Assembly (NCBI GenBank): GCA_963794415.1
Contig: CAWCDI010000001.1
Location: forward strand, 830,775-894,774
Length of the DNA: 64,000 bases
Source: an uncultured Actinomycetes bacterium
GTDB lineage: Bacteria > Actinomycetota > Thermoleophilia > Gaiellales > JAICJC01
Reading direction: 5' to 3'
In this document: positions 29,498-39,073 of the stretch, one piece after another
Layout: every line of letters starts with the position of its first letter
How positions within the stretch are numbered: the stretch's first letter is position 1
Position numbers and translations under genes: made by a program
Notes under the pieces: generated by a model
Seen by the model: the letters and a program-made list of their open reading frames with translations, nothing else
Database searches by the model: none
What the model was told of the DNA's origin: nothing

Positions 29498-30780
29498 ACG
29501 AGGAGCTCGCACACCGGCTCGCGCGCTTTGCCGAGAGCAGGATCGTTGCCGGCGACACGCCCGGCGTATCGGTGGCGCTGACCGACCGCGAGCAGCCCGT
29601 GCTGGTCGAGGCCTATGGACACGCCCGTGCCGGCACGCCCTGGACACCCGGCATCCCCGGCCAGATCGGGTCCATCCACAAGTCGCTCACCGCGGTCTGC
29701 ATCGTCGCGCTGGCCGAGGAGGGGAAGATCGATCTGGACGCGCCGGTCGAGCGGTACCTGCCGTGGTTTCGCTTCGGCGAGCCGGAGACGATCACCATCC
29801 ACCACCTGCTCACGCACACGGGCGGCCTGCCCGTGGGCAGCGAGCCTGCTCCGCCCTCGCGCGGCGCCGTGGCCCTGCTGGCCGGCATCGAGCCGTGCTG
29901 GAAGCCGGGGGAGAAGATGTGGTACTCGAACACCGGCTACTGCACGCTCGGCCTGGTGGTGGAGGCGGTGACCGGCATGCCGGCGGCCGACGCGGTCGAG
30001 GCACGCGTGCTGCGCCCCCTCGGGATGCAGCAGGCCGTGGCGCGCATCACCTGGGACATGCGCCCGGCCCTGCCAGACGGCCACGACGAGCATGGGGTGA
30101 GCCCCTACATCGTCACGGAGTCGGCCGACGGGTCGGTCGTCGCGACCGCCGAGGAGATGACCGCCCACGTGCGCCTGCTGCTCGCAGGGGAGGCCGACGG
30201 CGTGGTGTCCCGCGAGGCGTTCGCGCAGATGGTGGAGCGCACCGAGCCCGACGAGGAAGGGCTGCCATACGGCTACGGCCTGGGCGTGGAGGTGGCCGCC
30301 GGCACGCGGGAGCTCTCGCACTCCGGCGGGATGGTGGGCCACCACGCGATGATGATCGCCGACGTCGGGCGCGGAGTGGGGGCGTTCGTGCTGGTCAACG
30401 GGCCGGCCGGGGCCACCACCATCGCCGAGTACGCGATGGCGCTCCTGCGGGCCGACCACGACGGGTTGGCGCTGCCCGAGCCGCCGGTGGTGGAGCCCCC
30501 GAAGCCGCCCGCGCCGGCCGACGAGGTGGACGATCTCTACGCGGGGTTCTACCGAAGCCACAACCCGTGGACGCCGGAGGTCAGGCTGGTGCGCGTCAAC
30601 GGAGCCCTCGCGGGCAGGATGACCGACCTCCAGGACCTCGATCAGGTGGGCGAGCACCGGTTCCGCGCGCGCGATGCCCGCGGCCCGCTCCCCGAGTACC
30701 TCCAGTTCGACCTGGAGGTGGAGGGGCGGATGCAGCGGTTCGACTGGAACGGCTCGGCCTTCTACCGCGCTCTGCGCTAG
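29494..30780 (+). CDS. serine hydrolase (beta-lactamase/esterase class C-like family)
   Basis: S-x-x-K motif SIHKS, ..YSNTGY... Start GTG 29494 overlaps the rnj stop (GTGA); the longer ORF start 29371 lies inside rnj. Confidence 0.75.
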   Translation: MNEELAHRLARFAESRIVAGDTPGVSVALTDREQPVLVEAYGHARAGTPWTPGIPGQIGSIHKSLTAVCIVALAEEGKIDLDAPVERYLPWFRFGEPETITIHHLLTHTGGLPVGSEPAPPSRGAVALLAGIEPCWKPGEKMWYSNTGYCTLGLVVEAVTGMPAADAVEARVLRPLGMQQAVARITWDMRPALPDGHDEHGVSPYIVTESADGSVVATAEEMTAHVRLLLAGEADGVVSREAFAQMVERTEPDEEGLPYGYGLGVEVAAGTRELSHSGGMVGHHAMMIADVGRGVGAFVLVNGPAGATTIAEYAMALLRADHDGLALPEPPVVEPPKPPAPADEVDDLYAGFYRSHNPWTPEVRLVRVNGALAGRMTDLQDLDQVGEHRFRARDARGPLPEYLQFDLEVEGRMQRFDWNGSAFYRALR

Positions 30781-30806
30781 AGGCCCTGATCCTCGGCTGA
30801 CGCCGC

Positions 30807-32057
30807 CTACGGCGCGGTCGGCAGCGTGTGGAAGAGCGCGACTCCCTCGCGGTCGGTGCCGCCGATGCGCGTGAAGTAGCCGCCAAACGCCACGGCGTTG
30901 GTGCCGGCGGCGATTGCGAGGATCCCGTGGTTCGAGTTGGCCGTCGGGTTCCACGTCTGGATCACGGCGCCGGTATCGGCCCGCAGCGCGGCGACGTGCA
31001 GCCGGTTGGTGCAGAACTGCAGCGCGTTGGGCTGGCAGTTGAAGCCCGCGACCAGGAAGTGGCCACCCACGTAGAGCACGTTGTTGCGAAGAGCGCAGCC
31101 GGGCGTGTCGCCGTCGTCCTGGCCGCGGAACGCCGAGACGAGCTTGCCGGTGGCGGGATCGAAGGCCGACACGTTGAACGACCGCGCCGTTCCGTTCACC
31201 TGCCAGTAGCCGCCGCAGGTGTAGATCCGCGTGGCCGTCGGGATGATGTTGTAGACGCGGCTGGTCTCGGGGGTGGTGCACGCCGGGCAGTTGGCGTCGG
31301 CGTAGATGTCGGGGTTGAAGGCCATCAGCGCGCCGCCCGAGAGCGACACCTCCGCCGCCTCGTTTCGCGCCACGCCGTTGACCAGGCCGAAGTGGCCGCC
31401 GAAGTAGACGCTCTTCTGATCGGACGAGAGCTTGATCGAGAACACCGTCGGATGGCAGCGCGGGGGACAGGCAAAGCCGCTGATCTGCCCGACCTTTGGT
31501 GCCCAGGCAGTCACGGCCGACGTGGCGGTCACCTGCGCGAGGTGTGCGCGCGAGACGCCGTTCACCGCCGTGAACTCACCGCCCATCAGCACGTTGCCGC
31601 TGGGCGTGAGCGCCAGCGAGCGCACCGAGGCGTTGGTGTCGGCCCGCCAGTTGGCGATGCCGCCCTTGTCGGGCCCTACCGCCGCGGCATTCGCATGGGC
31701 CACGCCGCCGACCTTCGTGAAGAGCCCGCCGAGATAGACGCGCGTGGCGTTGGCCCGGATCGCGTCCACCCGGCCCGTGACGTTGGGGTTCCACGGCAGC
31801 AGCGCGCCCGTCGTGACATCCAGTGCCGCGGCGTTGTGGCGGACGACTGTGGAAGGAGCGCCGATGGGTGCTCCGGCCGGCCGCATCGACGAGAACTGGC
31901 CGCCGAGGAAGACCACGCCGTTTGAGATGGCGATGGTGCGAACCACACCGTTGGTCTGCCAGGACGTGTCCGGCGGGTTCTGGGCGAGCGCCTCCGAGGC
32001 GCTCGTGCTCGCGATCGCAGCGACCGCAGCAAGAGACAGAGCGAACTTTCGGAGCAT
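30807..32057 (-). CDS. secreted repeat protein, probable beta-propeller
   Basis: Signal peptide MLRKFALSLAAVAAIASTSASEALA. About 8 iterations of a ~45-50-aa unit (GG.F..vnG..r..lA.....tGal..WnP). Start at ATG 32057, not the 521-aa longest ORF. Confidence 0.6.
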   Translation of the reverse strand: MLRKFALSLAAVAAIASTSASEALAQNPPDTSWQTNGVVRTIAISNGVVFLGGQFSSMRPAGAPIGAPSTVVRHNAAALDVTTGALLPWNPNVTGRVDAIRANATRVYLGGLFTKVGGVAHANAAAVGPDKGGIANWRADTNASVRSLALTPSGNVLMGGEFTAVNGVSRAHLAQVTATSAVTAWAPKVGQISGFACPPRCHPTVFSIKLSSDQKSVYFGGHFGLVNGVARNEAAEVSLSGGALMAFNPDIYADANCPACTTPETSRVYNIIPTATRIYTCGGYWQVNGTARSFNVSAFDPATGKLVSAFRGQDDGDTPGCALRNNVLYVGGHFLVAGFNCQPNALQFCTNRLHVAALRADTGAVIQTWNPTANSNHGILAIAAGTNAVAFGGYFTRIGGTDREGVALFHTLPTAP

Positions 32058-32145
32058 GAGCGCCGAGGATACCCGAATGCGATAACCGGGAAACCTGCGC
32101 AGCTCACAAACCCGCAGGGGGCTCGCGCCCGCGGGCAACACCGGT

Positions 32146-33420
32146 ATGATTTCGATCATCGCTGTGCAGACACCATCGATGCCTCGCGAGGCCGTGCTGA
32201 GTCCCGAGGAGCAGCCGCTCCCCGGGCCGTGGCTGAGGCTCGCCGCAATCGGCGCCGCCGTCGCCACCGGAGCGGTCATCGCCGCCGCCGCGATGGGGCA
32301 CAAGCAGTTCCACGACCTGCTCAGCCTGATCGCCCTGGCGTTCCTCGCCGTGATCGCGATCGCGAGCGTCATCTCCTATCCGGCCCTCCGCCGGCCGGTG
32401 GGCGTGGCCGTGGGGGCGATGCTCGTGCAGATCGCGCTCGGCGGGCTGATCGCGCTCAGCGGCCGCGGGCCGGTACTGCACGTCGCTCACATCGCGGTCG
32501 CCGCCGTGGCGTTCGCAGCCACCCTGGCCGTCGCGGTGCGGGTGCGCTGGGATCGCACCCCGCAGCCGTCCACCTGGCGCGACTACCTGACGCTGACGAA
32601 GCCGCGCATCATGTCGCTGCTCCTGCTGACGGCGCTCTGCGGCATGTTCGTGGCCGCCGAGGGCGTCCCGTCGGCCGGCCTGATCGTCGCCACGATGGCC
32701 GGCCTCGCGCTGGCCTGCGGCGGCGCGAGCGCGCTCAACCACTACATGGATCGCGACATCGACATCCACATGAGCCGCACCGACGGCCGTCCCGTCGCGA
32801 CCGGCCGCGTCGCCCCGGAGCGGGCGCTCGAGTTCGGGCTCACGCTCTCGGCGCTCTCGTTCGTGCTGCTCGCCTGTACCACCAACCTCCTCACCGCGGT
32901 GCTCGCGATCATCGGCGATCTCTTCTACGTGGTGGTCTACACGGGCTACCTCAAGCGCCGCACCGCCCAGAACATCGTCATCGGCGGAGCCGCCGGAGCT
33001 GTGCCGCCCCTGGTGGGCTACGCGGCGGTGAGCGGCGACCTCACGTGGACGGCGGCGCTCCTCTTCCTGATCGTCTTCGTGTGGACGCCGCCGCACTTCT
33101 GGGCGCTCGCCATGCTCATCAAGGACGACTACAAGGCGGCGGGCATCCCGATGCTGCCGGTGGTGCGCGGCGACGCCGAGACCACCCGCCAGATCGTGCG
33201 CTACACGTTCCTCATGATCGCGGTCACCCTGCTGCCCATCGCATTCGGCATGGGGTGGTTCTACGCGGTGTCGGCGCTGCTCCTCGGAGCCGTGTTCCTG
33301 TGGATGGCCCTCGCCCTGCGAAAGGCGGTCTCCCGCCATGCCGCCAAGGTGCTCTTCCACTACTCGCTGCTCTACCTCGCGCTGCTCTTCGTCGCCATGG
33401 CGGCGGACGCGGTCATCTGA
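32146..33420 (+). CDS. ctaB: protoheme IX farnesyltransferase (heme O synthase) with ~140-aa N-terminal 4-TM extension
   Basis: UbiA-family motifs (..YLTLTKPRIM.., NHYMDRDID, ..GGAAGAVPPLVG..). Residues 1-143 form 4 extra TM helices containing His residues. Confidence 0.9.
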   Translation: MISIIAVQTPSMPREAVLSPEEQPLPGPWLRLAAIGAAVATGAVIAAAAMGHKQFHDLLSLIALAFLAVIAIASVISYPALRRPVGVAVGAMLVQIALGGLIALSGRGPVLHVAHIAVAAVAFAATLAVAVRVRWDRTPQPSTWRDYLTLTKPRIMSLLLLTALCGMFVAAEGVPSAGLIVATMAGLALACGGASALNHYMDRDIDIHMSRTDGRPVATGRVAPERALEFGLTLSALSFVLLACTTNLLTAVLAIIGDLFYVVVYTGYLKRRTAQNIVIGGAAGAVPPLVGYAAVSGDLTWTAALLFLIVFVWTPPHFWALAMLIKDDYKAAGIPMLPVVRGDAETTRQIVRYTFLMIAVTLLPIAFGMGWFYAVSALLLGAVFLWMALALRKAVSRHAAKVLFHYSLLYLALLFVAMAADAVI

Positions 33421-33447
33421 TCCGATAAACCTGTAACAACTTCACCG

Positions 33448-35883
33448 TTGTTGAAGGAATCGGTAATCCGAGGGCGAATTGCGTCGTCGATGGCCAGAAC
33501 AACGACGCGGAGACCCCAACGCGCCGCTGGTTCAAAGACGGCTCGGCGTCCGCGCAAGACCCCCCTCCGCTCAACGACCCCCCAGCGGAAACGGACGCCG
33601 AGCCGAAACTCTTTCCAGCACCGCCCAGATCTGATCGGCGCAGCCCTTATCGGGCTGGGCGTCTTCCTGGGCTTTGTCGAGTACATGGGCTGGGACGGCG
33701 GAGTGATCGGCGCCAAGATCGACGGGGCGCTGCACCTCGCCGTGGGCCGCGTTGCCGCCGTCGCACCGGTGCTGCTGGTGCTGGCCGGCGCCGCCGTGTT
33801 CCTGCGCTCACGCGCGCTTCACGTACGGCCGCTTCGCACGGGCATCATCCTGCTGCTGACGGGCGCGGTGCTCGCGTTCTCCACGACCGACTCGAGCACG
33901 GCCGAGAAGCACGGCGGCCTCTTCGGCTCGTACGCGCGCTCGATCCTCGAGGGCCTCGTCGGCTCGGTGGGCGTCACCATCCTCGTCGCGCTCTGCATCA
34001 CCGCCGCCATCGTCCTCATCACGGGCGGCTCGATCGGCCTTGCGATGCGCTCGTCCGGTCAGCGCGTCGCGCGTGCCGCAGGCGCCGGGGCGCGTCTCTC
34101 AGAGGACTTCGTGCGGATGTACCGCGACCGTCCGGTCTCGCGCCCGACGCTCAAGTCCGTGCCCACCGAGAAGGCTCCCCGCGAGCCAAAGAAGCCGAAG
34201 CCGCTTGACGGCGAGAGCGCGTTTGCAGACATCTTCGCCGACCTCCCCGAGATGGACGAGCCCGAGCAGCCGTCGTTCGCCGAGCCCACGCCGGCCCCGC
34301 TGATTCCCGATCCCGAGCCTGCCGAAGAGCCGCAGGCCGTTCAGCCAGAGCTGCCCCTGGAGCCGGCCGACGAGCCGTCGGAGGATGACATCACCGCAGC
34401 GCTCGGCGTGAACATCGTGGCCGACCGCACGCCGTACAAGCTGCCCAACCCGTCGATCCTGCAGAAGAGCAAGGCCACGGGCGTGAAGCCCAACTACGAG
34501 CCTGTCGCCCGCCAGCTGGTGGAGGCGCTCTCCAACTTCGGCGTGGAGGCGAGGCTGATCGGGATGGTCGATGGCCCGCGCGTCACCCGCTTCGAGCTCC
34601 AGCTCGCGCCCGGCACCAAGGTGAGCCGCGTCTCCGCGCTTCGCGACGACCTCGCCTACGCGCTCGCCACCACCGAGATCCGCATCCTGGCGCCGATCCC
34701 CGGAAAGCAGGCGGTGGGAGTGGAGGTGCCCAACACGACCTCCAACATCGTCACCCTGGGCGATATCTACGCGACGCCCCCCGAGGGCTCGAGCCCGCTC
34801 ACCGCGTGGCTCGGCAAGGACATCACGGGCGCGGGCGTCTCCTGCGATCTCGCGCGCATGCCGCACCTGCTGATCGCAGGCACCACCGGCGCCGGCAAGT
34901 CGGGCTGCATCAACGCCATCCTCTCGTCCATCCTCCTGCGCGCCACGCCGGACGAGGTGCGCATGATCCTGGTCGACCCCAAGCGCGTCGAGCTGAACCA
35001 CTACGAGACGATCCCGCACCTGCTCACGCCGGTTGTGACCAACATGAAGAACGCCTCCCTCGTGCTGCAGAACGTGGTGCGCGAGATGGAGAGCCGCTAC
35101 GAGCTCATGGGCGCCGCAAAGGCCCGAAACCTGGTGGAGATGAACCGTGGCCGCGCCGCCCGCGGAGAGGACACGCTGCCGTACGTCCTGGTCGTGATCG
35201 ACGAGCTGGCAGACCTGATGATGGTTGCCCCGGCCGAGGTGGAGGACGCCATCATCCGCCTCGCGCAGAAGTCCCGCGCCGTCGGCATCCACCTCGTGCT
35301 GGCCACCCAGAGCCCGCGCGTGGACGTGATCACCGGCATGATCAAGGCCAACGTGCCGTCGCGCATCGCCTTCGCCGTGTCGTCCCAGACCGACTCCCGC
35401 GTGATCCTCGACGTGAACGGCGCCGAAGCGCTGCTGGGTCAGGGCGACATGCTCTACAAGCCGCTCGGCACCTCGAAGCTGAACCGCGTGCAGGGCGCCT
35501 ACATCTCCGAGGACGAGACGCGCCTCATCGTGGAGTCGTGCCGCCGTCAGGGCCAGCCGACGTTCGAGGAGGAGCTGCTCGAGACCCCCTCCGACGTGGA
35601 GCCCGAGCGGCTCGAGGCCGACGAGGATCCCGTGCTCGAGGATGCCATCCGGCTCGTCGCACAGCATCAGACCGCCTCGGTGTCGCTCATGCAGCGGCGC
35701 CTGCGGGTGGGCTACACCAGGGCAGGCCGCATCATCGACATGCTCGAGCGGCGCGGCATCGTGTCCGGCTACGAGGGCTCCAAGGCGCGCAAGGTGCTCA
35801 TCACCGAGGCCGACCTCTCCAGGATTCTCGGTGACCAGGAGCCCGCTCCGGTAACCGACGAGGACACGCAAGCCACCTTCTGA
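33448..35883 (+). CDS. ftsK: DNA translocase FtsK
   Basis: N-terminal TM helices, Pro/Glu-rich linker, Walker A GTTGAGKS, Walker B VVIDELADLM, C-terminal gamma wHTH ..SVSLMQRRLRVGYTRAGRIID... Start uncertain (TTG 33448 or ATG 33490). Confidence 0.95.
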   Translation: MLKESVIRGRIASSMARTTTRRPQRAAGSKTARRPRKTPLRSTTPQRKRTPSRNSFQHRPDLIGAALIGLGVFLGFVEYMGWDGGVIGAKIDGALHLAVGRVAAVAPVLLVLAGAAVFLRSRALHVRPLRTGIILLLTGAVLAFSTTDSSTAEKHGGLFGSYARSILEGLVGSVGVTILVALCITAAIVLITGGSIGLAMRSSGQRVARAAGAGARLSEDFVRMYRDRPVSRPTLKSVPTEKAPREPKKPKPLDGESAFADIFADLPEMDEPEQPSFAEPTPAPLIPDPEPAEEPQAVQPELPLEPADEPSEDDITAALGVNIVADRTPYKLPNPSILQKSKATGVKPNYEPVARQLVEALSNFGVEARLIGMVDGPRVTRFELQLAPGTKVSRVSALRDDLAYALATTEIRILAPIPGKQAVGVEVPNTTSNIVTLGDIYATPPEGSSPLTAWLGKDITGAGVSCDLARMPHLLIAGTTGAGKSGCINAILSSILLRATPDEVRMILVDPKRVELNHYETIPHLLTPVVTNMKNASLVLQNVVREMESRYELMGAAKARNLVEMNRGRAARGEDTLPYVLVVIDELADLMMVAPAEVEDAIIRLAQKSRAVGIHLVLATQSPRVDVITGMIKANVPSRIAFAVSSQTDSRVILDVNGAEALLGQGDMLYKPLGTSKLNRVQGAYISEDETRLIVESCRRQGQPTFEEELLETPSDVEPERLEADEDPVLEDAIRLVAQHQTASVSLMQRRLRVGYTRAGRIIDMLERRGIVSGYEGSKARKVLITEADLSRILGDQEPAPVTDEDTQATF

Positions 35884-35899
35884 GCGGTACAGTCCAGGC

Positions 35900-36778
35900 G
35901 TGATCGAGGACTGGTACCAGCGGTTGACCGACGAAGGGCTGATGGACACCCTCTCGCCGTACTCGCCCGTGATCGTGGGCGTTTATCCGCTCGAGATCGC
36001 CGGTCCGGACGACCCGGTCGAGATCGTGTGCCGCGCCGTCGACCTGCCGGCGTTTGCCCGCACGATGGAGCGCACGTACGGCGAGTACGACGATTTCACC
36101 CTGCACGGAGGCTCGCTCGACAACGAGGACGCCGTGTTCGCGGAGTTCTCCATCCACGGCGTACCGGTCGAGGTCTCGGCCCAGGCCCAGCACGTCAACC
36201 AGCGGCTCGGCCGCGCGACGCTCGGCATCTCCCACGTGCTCGACGAGACGGGCGAGCTTGCCCGAAACCGGCTCCGTGGCCGCGTGGCAAACGGCCAGGA
36301 CTGGCTGGACGCCGCCATGGAGCAGTTCGACCTCACCCGGGCCGCCGTGGAGTCGCTCTCGGGCGCGAAGCCGGCGCTGGTGCGCACGGTGATGGGCATC
36401 AAGGGCCCCAGGATCCCCTGGGAGGCATACGTGCTGCCGATCGGCGTGGGGATCGCAGCCGACGTGCTGATCGTGCTCGCGGGGGCGGCGCGCGGCTCCC
36501 AGCAGTACACCGGCCTCATGCTGCTCGTCGAGGCGGCGCTCCTCGGATTCCTCTTTGGCGCGCGGATGGGCATGGTGGCGACGCTCGTGCCGCTGGTCGC
36601 GATCGGCATCTGGCTGCTGGCTCCGCTCGCGGTCGGGTCATCCACCGACTCGGGCTCGGGCGAGGCGATCGCGGGCTACGTCTTCGTCCTCCTGCTCGCC
36701 GCGAGCGCCAGCGGCTTCGTCGGCGCCCTCCGTGACAGATACCGGCCCTTGAACACGTCGGAAGGCCGTGCACGGTAG
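35900..36778 (+). CDS. hypothetical protein: DUF4269-like N-terminal domain fused to a ~4-TM C-terminal region
   Basis: The N-terminal ~165 aa resembles the DUF4269 pattern as I recall it (..YSPVIVGVYPLEI..EIVC..F..VPVEV..Q...). The C-terminal half is hydrophobic. Confidence 0.45.
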   Translation: MIEDWYQRLTDEGLMDTLSPYSPVIVGVYPLEIAGPDDPVEIVCRAVDLPAFARTMERTYGEYDDFTLHGGSLDNEDAVFAEFSIHGVPVEVSAQAQHVNQRLGRATLGISHVLDETGELARNRLRGRVANGQDWLDAAMEQFDLTRAAVESLSGAKPALVRTVMGIKGPRIPWEAYVLPIGVGIAADVLIVLAGAARGSQQYTGLMLLVEAALLGFLFGARMGMVATLVPLVAIGIWLLAPLAVGSSTDSGSGEAIAGYVFVLLLAASASGFVGALRDRYRPLNTSEGRAR

Positions 36779-36817
36779 ACTGCGCGTCGTCTACGACGGC
36801 TGGGGCGGCCACGGTAC

Positions 36818-37654
36818 ATGTTTGAGATAGGACCTTCACTGCGAGAGGCGCGCGAGCGTCGCGGGCTGGGCTACACCCAGGTCGAGCTCGACACCGCGAT
36901 CCGCTCGCGGTACGTCCGGGCACTCGAGGAAGAGGACTTCGGGATCCTGCCCGGCCCCACGTACACCAAGGGCTTCCTGCGCGCCTACGCCGACTACCTG
37001 GGCCTGGACGGCCAGCTCTACGTCGATGAGTTCAACTCGCGCCACCACGATCCCCGCCGTGAGTTCGACCAGCCCATCGCCTCGCGGCCGCGGTCCCGCC
37101 CGCAGCAGCAGCGAAGGCGCCGGCGGGAGTCGCAGATCGTCATGATCGCGCTGGCCACCATCGTCGCGATCACGTCCATCATCTTCCTGGTCGCGCTCAA
37201 GCGGCCGGCGAACACGGCGCCGCGGCTCACCACCCAGCAGACCGTCACCACCAACACGCCGGGCTCCTCGTCGCAGGGCTCAACGGGAGGCGCAAGCTCC
37301 CAGCAGAGCAGCACGGGCTCCTCGACATCGACCAAGACGAAGAAGCACACCGCGACGCATCCCACGTTCACCGTCAGCATGACGGCCACCGACAAGTGCT
37401 GGATCACGGCCAACACCGGATCCTCGTCGGGCAAGGAGGTGTCCTCGACGCAGGGCACCGGGCTCGGCGGCTACATGATCGACCCGGCCGTGGATGCGAC
37501 AGTCGCGTTCACCTCCAAGTGGCCCGTGGTCATCACGGTCGGCGCGCCGGGCAGCATCACGATCTCGGTCAACGGCAAGGTCACGCCGCTGCCGGCGGGA
37601 GCGGGCGCCGGTACGCCGATGACCGTGACCAGCAAGGGCCTCACAGTCGGTTGA
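36818..37654 (+). CDS. RodZ-like helix-turn-helix membrane protein
   Basis: N-terminal Xre-type HTH (..LREARERRGLGYTQVELDTAI..YVRALEEEDF..LPGPTYTKGFLRAYADYLGLD), basic linker, one TM helix, Ser/Thr-rich spacer, C-terminal DUF4115-like domain. Confidence 0.65.
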   Translation: MFEIGPSLREARERRGLGYTQVELDTAIRSRYVRALEEEDFGILPGPTYTKGFLRAYADYLGLDGQLYVDEFNSRHHDPRREFDQPIASRPRSRPQQQRRRRRESQIVMIALATIVAITSIIFLVALKRPANTAPRLTTQQTVTTNTPGSSSQGSTGGASSQQSSTGSSTSTKTKKHTATHPTFTVSMTATDKCWITANTGSSSGKEVSSTQGTGLGGYMIDPAVDATVAFTSKWPVVITVGAPGSITISVNGKVTPLPAGAGAGTPMTVTSKGLTVG

Positions 37655-38940
37655 GCGAGGCGCCGACCCGCCCGACCGCAGCGGTGCTGCTCACGGGAAA
37701 CGAGCTTCTGCGCGGGGTCATCTCCGATCTGAACTCGTCGCACCTTGCACGCGACCTCGAGCTGCGCGGCTTCTCGGTGGAGCGGTCGCTCACCGTCGGT
37801 GACGGCCTCGACGCCATCGAGCAAGGCCTTCGGGAGCTCGTCTCCGGCCACGACCTGGTCGTCACGTCCGGCGGCCTGGGGCCGACCCATGACGATCGCA
37901 CGGTGGAGGCCATCGCCCGCATGGCAGGGGTTGACCTGGTGGTGGATCACGGCGTCCTCGACCAGGTGAACGCGTGGACGGCCGAGGTCGCCGAGCGAAA
38001 CGGCTTCGACCCGGGCAGGTTCGCCGCCGGCAACCTGAAGCAGGCGCACATCCCCGCCGGCGCGTCGGTGCTGGGGCTCGCGGGCACGGCTCCGGGCCTC
38101 GTGCTGGACGTGGGGGAGGCGACGGTGGTGGTGCTCCCGGGCGTGCCGTCGGAGCTGCGGCGGCTCTGGAGCCTCGCACCGCAGTTCCCGCGCCTCCAGC
38201 CGCTCTTCGGCCGCGCCCGGCCGCGCGCGCGAAACCTGCTTCGCACCTACGGCATCGGTGAGTCCCACGTGGCCGACATCTTCGCGGAGGTGGGCGGCGA
38301 TCCCGAGGGCGTGGAGACCTCGATCTGCGCCCGGCGGTTCGAGATCGAGATCGACATCCGGTCAGCCGAGGGCGCCGAGCCGGCCGGGGCGGCGCTCGCC
38401 GCAGCCATGCGCCGCGAGCTCGGCGAGTACGTGTTCGCCACCGACGAGGCCACGATCGCCGAGATCGTGCTCGACGCGGTGCGCTCGCGGGGCTGGACGC
38501 TCGCGACGGCGGAGTCGTGCACCGGCGGCGAGATCGCCCGCCGCCTCACGGACGTGCCGGGCAGCTCCGACGTCTTCACGGGGGCGGTCGTGAGCTACTC
38601 GAACGAGATCAAGCACGCTCTCCTGGGCGTCCCCGACGAGGTGCTCGCCACGCACGGCGCCGTCAGCCCGGAGACGGCGGCGGCGATGGCCGCCGGCGCC
38701 CGTTCGGCGCTCTCGGCCGACGTTGCCGTGTCGGTCACCGGGATCGCCGGCCCCGGCGGCGGCACCGACGAGAAGCCGGTGGGCCTCGTCTACATCCATC
38801 TCAGCACGCCCGCGGACGAGGTCGGGCGGGAGTACCGGTTCTCCGGCAGCCGCGCGATGGTGCGCGAGCGGGCGACGACGGCGGCCATGCAGCTAATCCG
38901 CGCGCAACTCGGCACAGGCCCGCAACACCTCACCCCTTGA
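37651..38940 (+). CDS. cinA: competence/damage-inducible protein CinA (MoCF-like domain + nicotinamide-nucleotide amidase PncC domain)
   Basis: ..[18 protein letters not shown].. N-terminus, C-terminal ..[20 protein letters not shown]... Upstream of recA. Start TTG 37651 (TTGA overlap) or GTG 37684. Confidence 0.85.
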   Translation: MSEAPTRPTAAVLLTGNELLRGVISDLNSSHLARDLELRGFSVERSLTVGDGLDAIEQGLRELVSGHDLVVTSGGLGPTHDDRTVEAIARMAGVDLVVDHGVLDQVNAWTAEVAERNGFDPGRFAAGNLKQAHIPAGASVLGLAGTAPGLVLDVGEATVVVLPGVPSELRRLWSLAPQFPRLQPLFGRARPRARNLLRTYGIGESHVADIFAEVGGDPEGVETSICARRFEIEIDIRSAEGAEPAGAALAAAMRRELGEYVFATDEATIAEIVLDAVRSRGWTLATAESCTGGEIARRLTDVPGSSDVFTGAVVSYSNEIKHALLGVPDEVLATHGAVSPETAAAMAAGARSALSADVAVSVTGIAGPGGGTDEKPVGLVYIHLSTPADEVGREYRFSGSRAMVRERATTAAMQLIRAQLGTGPQHLTP

Positions 38941-38973
38941 TCGCCGTCCGACCGGCCGTCTAGAGTTCTCCAA

Positions 38974-38989
38974 TCGAACGCGTGTTCGT
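38974..38989. promoter_or_regulatory. LexA SOS box upstream of recA
   Basis: TCGAAC-GCGT-GTTCGT. Matches the Gram-positive/actinobacterial consensus TCGAAC-N4-GTTCGA at 11/12 positions. 85 nt upstream of the recA ATG. Confidence 0.7.
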
Positions 38990-39073
38990 GTCCGGGTTTT
39001 GTCTGACGGGCCGGGCACCTACACTTTGTCCCATTGCGTCTCGGCGCTCAGTGCGGCCAGGAAGGTGATTCAC

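Noticed and set aside
38999-39025. Possible recA promoter TTGTCT .. TACACT.
   Set aside because: The spacer is only 15 nt and the -35 match is weak. I cannot support it beyond noting the TACACT hexamer, so only the SOS box is reported.
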